A DNA stretch of 64,000 bases, taken from positions 80,872 to 144,871 of the forward strand of contig JBGPOY010000002.1 in assembly GCA_041488275.1 (NCBI GenBank). The letters are read 5' to 3'. The DNA comes from Candidatus Nanoarchaeia archaeon. GTDB lineage: Archaea; Nanobdellota; Nanobdellia; Woesearchaeales; ARS49. Positions within the stretch are counted from its first letter, which is position 1; each line of letters starts with the position of its first letter. Both the position numbers and the translations under genes were made by a program. Of this stretch, positions 60,845 through 64,000 are shown one piece after another. A model generated the notes under the pieces. The model worked only from the letters and a program-made list of their open reading frames with translations, had not been told where the DNA came from and did no database searches.

Positions 60845-61525
60845 ATGGCAGTTCAGAACCTCGAAAAAACCATCGAAGAGAAGGTCAAACCCTTGGTAGC
60901 GGACGCCATGCAGAAATTTCTCGGCGTGACCATCAACGAAATCGAGAACGACATTTCGGGCAAAATCAAGCGCTCGCCGCTGATGGACTATGACGCGGAT
61001 GTCAGCCTCGGCTTCAAGCGCGCCAAACTCGCGTTCAAAAAGTACTACTTGACGCGCCTGCTGCAGAACCATCTCGGCAACGTGTCCGAAGTCGCGCGGA
61101 TTGCCGGCCTCGACCGCCGCAGTATTCATAGACTCATCACCTCGCTCAAGATTGATATTAAGCGCTACCGCGAAGAACTCCTGCGCGGCTCGTACGTGAA
61201 ACAAGAGGCAGTCAAAGGCATCATCGAACAAACGCTGGACCACTACCGCACCAGCCTGAACCCCGATCGACTTGCGCTTCTTTACCGATTTGCGCCGACG
61301 CTGAGCAAGGACATCGTTGACCAGTTGCCGGAAACTCCTCTGTCGCTGGCTGACGCCGAACTTGAATTCGAGCGCAAGTATTTCTCGAAGGCGCTCGGCT
61401 TGTTCAACCGCAACATCTCGAAGACGGCAAGAGCCATCGGCATCCGGTACGAGACGTTGCATAGAAAGCTCAAGTCGCTCGGATTGCTGCCGTCGATGTT
61501 AGAAGCGCTTGATGTTCACCAGTGA
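60845..61525 (+). CDS. Protein with two tandem Fis-type (HTH_8) DNA-binding domains
   Basis: FKKYYLTRLLQNHLGNVSEVARIAGLDRRSIHR and FERKYFSKALGLFNRNISKTARAIGIRYETLHRKLKSLG. Confidence 0.85.
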   Translation: MAVQNLEKTIEEKVKPLVADAMQKFLGVTINEIENDISGKIKRSPLMDYDADVSLGFKRAKLAFKKYYLTRLLQNHLGNVSEVARIAGLDRRSIHRLITSLKIDIKRYREELLRGSYVKQEAVKGIIEQTLDHYRTSLNPDRLALLYRFAPTLSKDIVDQLPETPLSLADAELEFERKYFSKALGLFNRNISKTARAIGIRYETLHRKLKSLGLLPSMLEALDVHQ

Positions 61526-61915
61526 GACGAGCACGGTGAACTGGTCCCAGCACGGCACGCAGCCCGTGCGCAGGTGCGTGTTCACGCGCAATCGTTCTTC
61601 GTCAGGCACGTTCTCTCCGCGAAAGACGTAGTCAAGCAGCAGCGTTTTGACGGGCGCGCACACTCGTTCCGGAACAGCAGCGCGCGTCTTCTCGGTCGCG
61701 AACTTGATGATGGCGTCCAGCCCTTTGTGGTGACGCGTCACTCCTACCCGCACGGCCGGCGCAGTGCCCTGAAAATAATCGTAGAGCGTTTCGTGCTTCT
61801 TTCCGCCGAGCCGCAGCGCATACTCCGCAACAATGCTTGCAGCCATCAGCTGTGGTCCGGCGTAGAGTTTGATTTCCGGCGGCATTGCCGAACGGAACGC
61901 GCTCGCAAATATCAA
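61499..61915 (-). CDS. Hypothetical protein with C-terminal H..C..C (zinc-finger/anti-sigma-like) motif
   Basis: 138-aa ORF containing VNTHLRTGCVPCWDQF. Its 3' end overlaps the Fis-type gene. Confidence 0.45.
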   Translation of the reverse strand: MIFASAFRSAMPPEIKLYAGPQLMAASIVAEYALRLGGKKHETLYDYFQGTAPAVRVGVTRHHKGLDAIIKFATEKTRAAVPERVCAPVKTLLLDYVFRGENVPDEERLRVNTHLRTGCVPCWDQFTVLVSLVNIKRF

Positions 61916-62078
61916 CCTTCCTTCCGCATTTCCGTCACAAGTCGGTGATTAAACCCTCGTCGACAAAAGTGGTTCTGCACTACAACAATGTTTAAATAAG
62001 CCGTTGAATGGATGCAGTGGAACGAGAGAAGTCCCGCGAATTCTCTTACACAAAGACGGTATATATGAGGTGGCCTTG

Positions 62079-63293
62079 ATGAAGACCGGAATTGTCGCGC
62101 TTCTGCTTGCTAGTATGTTCATTCTCGCAGGATGCCAGTATCTGAAGCCCGCGTTCGCGCCCTCGGTCGATTGCTCGGCGGGCGTGCTGGACAATTCCAC
62201 CATGACCAAGACGCCCACCGGCGCAGCAACCATCGCTCCCGCGGCGCCGAAGGCTGCCGCAGTTGAGAAGTCGCGCGACGGCGTTCCGGTCAAGACCGTC
62301 ACCGAAGGCGACCTCGTCTCGTTCCCGAATTTGCGCGCGTCCGACCCGGACGGCGACAAGCTCGCATACTCATTCACGTCCCCGTTGAACAAGTCCGGCG
62401 TTTGGCAGACCAAGCTCGGCGACGCGGGAGAATACAAAGTAGTCATCACGGCAACCGACACGAAAGGCGCTGCAGTCACGCAGGACGTCATCCTCAAGGT
62501 GCTTGCGGGCAACCACGCTCCGACGATTGACATGACGGACGTTTCGGCGAAAGAAGGCGACAAGATCGCGCTCGCGCCGAAAGTCGCGGACCCCGACGGC
62601 GACAAGGTCACCGTCGCGTACAGCGGCTGGATGACGACGAACACGAAGGCGCTCGGCTTCACCGACGCCGGCACGCACCAAGTCACCATCACGGCAGACG
62701 ACGGCAAGGGCGGCAAGACGTCCAAGACCGTTTCGGTCAACGTCGCTGACGTCAACCGCGCTCCGGCCATCGCTCCGATGCAGGACATCGCAATCAAAGA
62801 AGGAGCTAAGATTGAGCTCCAGCCCAAGGCAACCGACATTGACGGTGACAAGCTCACCTTCACGTACACGGCACCGTTCGACGCGAGCGGCGTCTGGCAG
62901 ACGAAGAAGGGAGACGAAGGCGTCAAGAAGGCCTCCGTCACCGTCGACGACGGAAAGGGCGGCAAGGCAAGCACCAGCTTTATCATCGCGATTGAAGCGC
63001 TCAACGCGGCACCGACCATCTCGGGACCGACACAGCTCGCGGTCAAGGAAGGCGACAGCGTCAACCTCGGCACCAGCTACACGGTCTCCGATGCGGACAA
63101 GGACGCGGTCACGGTCTCGTACGCGGGCTGGATGACCACGGCGACCAAGCAGGTCACGTACGCCGACCAAGGCACGCACGACGTCACCATCACGGCGGAC
63201 GACAAGAACAACGACCCGGTCAAGAAGACCATCCAGGTCGTCGTGGCTGACGTCAACCGTCCTCCCACGTTCGACGCCGGAAGCTTCAATTAA
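62079..63293 (+). CDS. Lipoprotein with four cadherin-like Ig repeats
   Basis: MKTGIVALLLASMFILAG|C lipobox after a GAGGTGG SD. Repeated DPDGD/DIDGD/DADKD and NHAP/NRAP/NAAP/NRPP linkers. Confidence 0.85.
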   Translation: MKTGIVALLLASMFILAGCQYLKPAFAPSVDCSAGVLDNSTMTKTPTGAATIAPAAPKAAAVEKSRDGVPVKTVTEGDLVSFPNLRASDPDGDKLAYSFTSPLNKSGVWQTKLGDAGEYKVVITATDTKGAAVTQDVILKVLAGNHAPTIDMTDVSAKEGDKIALAPKVADPDGDKVTVAYSGWMTTNTKALGFTDAGTHQVTITADDGKGGKTSKTVSVNVADVNRAPAIAPMQDIAIKEGAKIELQPKATDIDGDKLTFTYTAPFDASGVWQTKKGDEGVKKASVTVDDGKGGKASTSFIIAIEALNAAPTISGPTQLAVKEGDSVNLGTSYTVSDADKDAVTVSYAGWMTTATKQVTYADQGTHDVTITADDKNNDPVKKTIQVVVADVNRPPTFDAGSFN

Positions 63294-63320
63294 TTTTTTA
63301 TTCTCTTCTTTTTATTTTTC
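63294..63320 (+). terminator. T-rich archaeal terminator
   Basis: TTTTTTATTCTCTTCTTTTTATTTTTC immediately after the stop codon. Confidence 0.6.
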
Positions 63321-63459
63321 AATTGCTGCTTGAGAAATCGCTACGGCAATTCATCGTCGTCTTTCTTCGTCGTGCACTCGATGCACAGGCCTCGATGGTC
63401 CAATGGAATCCAGTCTTCGCCGCACTTCCAACATGTTCCGTCGGAGTCAGCCATAGAAC

Positions 63460-64000
63460 TCAGCGTATCTTCGCGCCGTCGGGGACGTCGACTTTAATTT
63501 CTCCGGATTTTGTTTTGAGGGGTTTGCCGTTGTACACGGCGACGCCGCCTTTCGTGGTAATTGTAATCTTGGCAAAGTCGTCAATCGTGATTTGTTCTTG
63601 CTTTGGCGCGATGCCGTCCACGGTGACTTGGTCGCCGGGCTGCGCTTTTCCTGCGTCGAGGACTTTCACGACGCCCTGTTTTTCGGCGGCGAGCAGCATG
63701 CCCTGACTTTCGATGCCGCGGAGATTCGCGGGCTGCAGGTTGGACACAACAACAATCTTTTTGCCCACGAGTTCTTCGGGGCGGTAGTACTGTTTCAAGC
63801 CCGCAACCAGTTGGCGGTGCTCGTTCCCGAGATGAATCTGCAGCACGAGCAGCTTGTCCGCGTTCGGGTGCTGCGCGGCGCTCTTCACTTCCGCGACCTT
63901 GAGGTTCAGTATTGAGAAAGGATCTTCCTTGACGTGCTCGAGCTTCAGGAACGAGGGTTTCGTCGGAGCGAGCGTTCCTTTCGTCGTTTTGCCGAACACG
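63460..64000 (-). CDS. metG: Methionine--tRNA ligase C-terminal tRNA-binding (OB/Trbp111-like) domain; 5' part lies outside the window
   Basis: LNLKVAEV...HPNADKLLVLQI.LG.E.RQLVAGL..Y.PEELVGKKIVVVSNLQPANLRGIESQGMLLAAE. The frame is open to the window edge; a stand-alone Trbp fusion cannot be excluded. Confidence 0.8.
   Translation of the reverse strand, partial: VFGKTTKGTLAPTKPSFLKLEHVKEDPFSILNLKVAEVKSAAQHPNADKLLVLQIHLGNEHRQLVAGLKQYYRPEELVGKKIVVVSNLQPANLRGIESQGMLLAAEKQGVVKVLDAGKAQPGDQVTVDGIAPKQEQITIDDFAKITITTKGGVAVYNGKPLKTKSGEIKVDVPDGAKIR

Noticed and set aside
885-63915. Numerous long antisense or alternative-frame ORFs in the track (e.g. 7672-8718, 20809-21945, 24614-25783, 50773-52005, 61949-63073)
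   Set aside because: They are shadows of real genes in GC-rich, stop-poor sequence, with no recognisable motifs and Arg/Ala-rich composition.
1-64000. CRISPR arrays, tRNA/rRNA genes, transposases, integrases and inteins
   Set aside because: No regularly spaced repeats, cloverleaf or T-loop motifs, rRNA-like tracts, DDE or tyrosine-recombinase motifs, or intein splice motifs were recognised by eye. An Infernal/tRNAscan run would be needed to fully exclude small RNAs.

Overview
Gene-dense archaeal window, most consistent with a DPANN archaeon (Woesearchaeota-like). This is inferred from archaeal information-processing genes (S6e, S8e, S19e, L31e, L39e, aIF-1A, Cbf5, Dph2, Pop5, proteasome alpha, exosome Rrp4/41/42, Rpo6), several bacterial-type genes (LspA, TGS-type ThrRS, VOC protein, Fis-type HTH protein) and many orphan ORFs. 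No rRNA, tRNA, CRISPR array or transposase was recognised. 1-35 kb is mostly housekeeping, plus a HicBA toxin-antitoxin pair, an HTH-PIN pair and a six-gene MoxR/vWA operon. 35-64 kb is a cell-surface region. It holds a lipoprotein/coiled-coil/AAA-ATPase operon and a membrane-anchored subtilase. It also holds the strongest candidate for an undescribed system, a ~17 kb co-directional cluster (42.7-59.9 kb) made of two paralogous modules. Each module begins with a very large protein carrying a class III (pilin-type) signal, continues with a large secreted Ig/FN3 protein that shares a Cys-rich helical core, and ends with a polytopic membrane protein. Both modules are preceded by the same 11-bp promoter motif. 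All family assignments are by motif recognition only; no searches were run.
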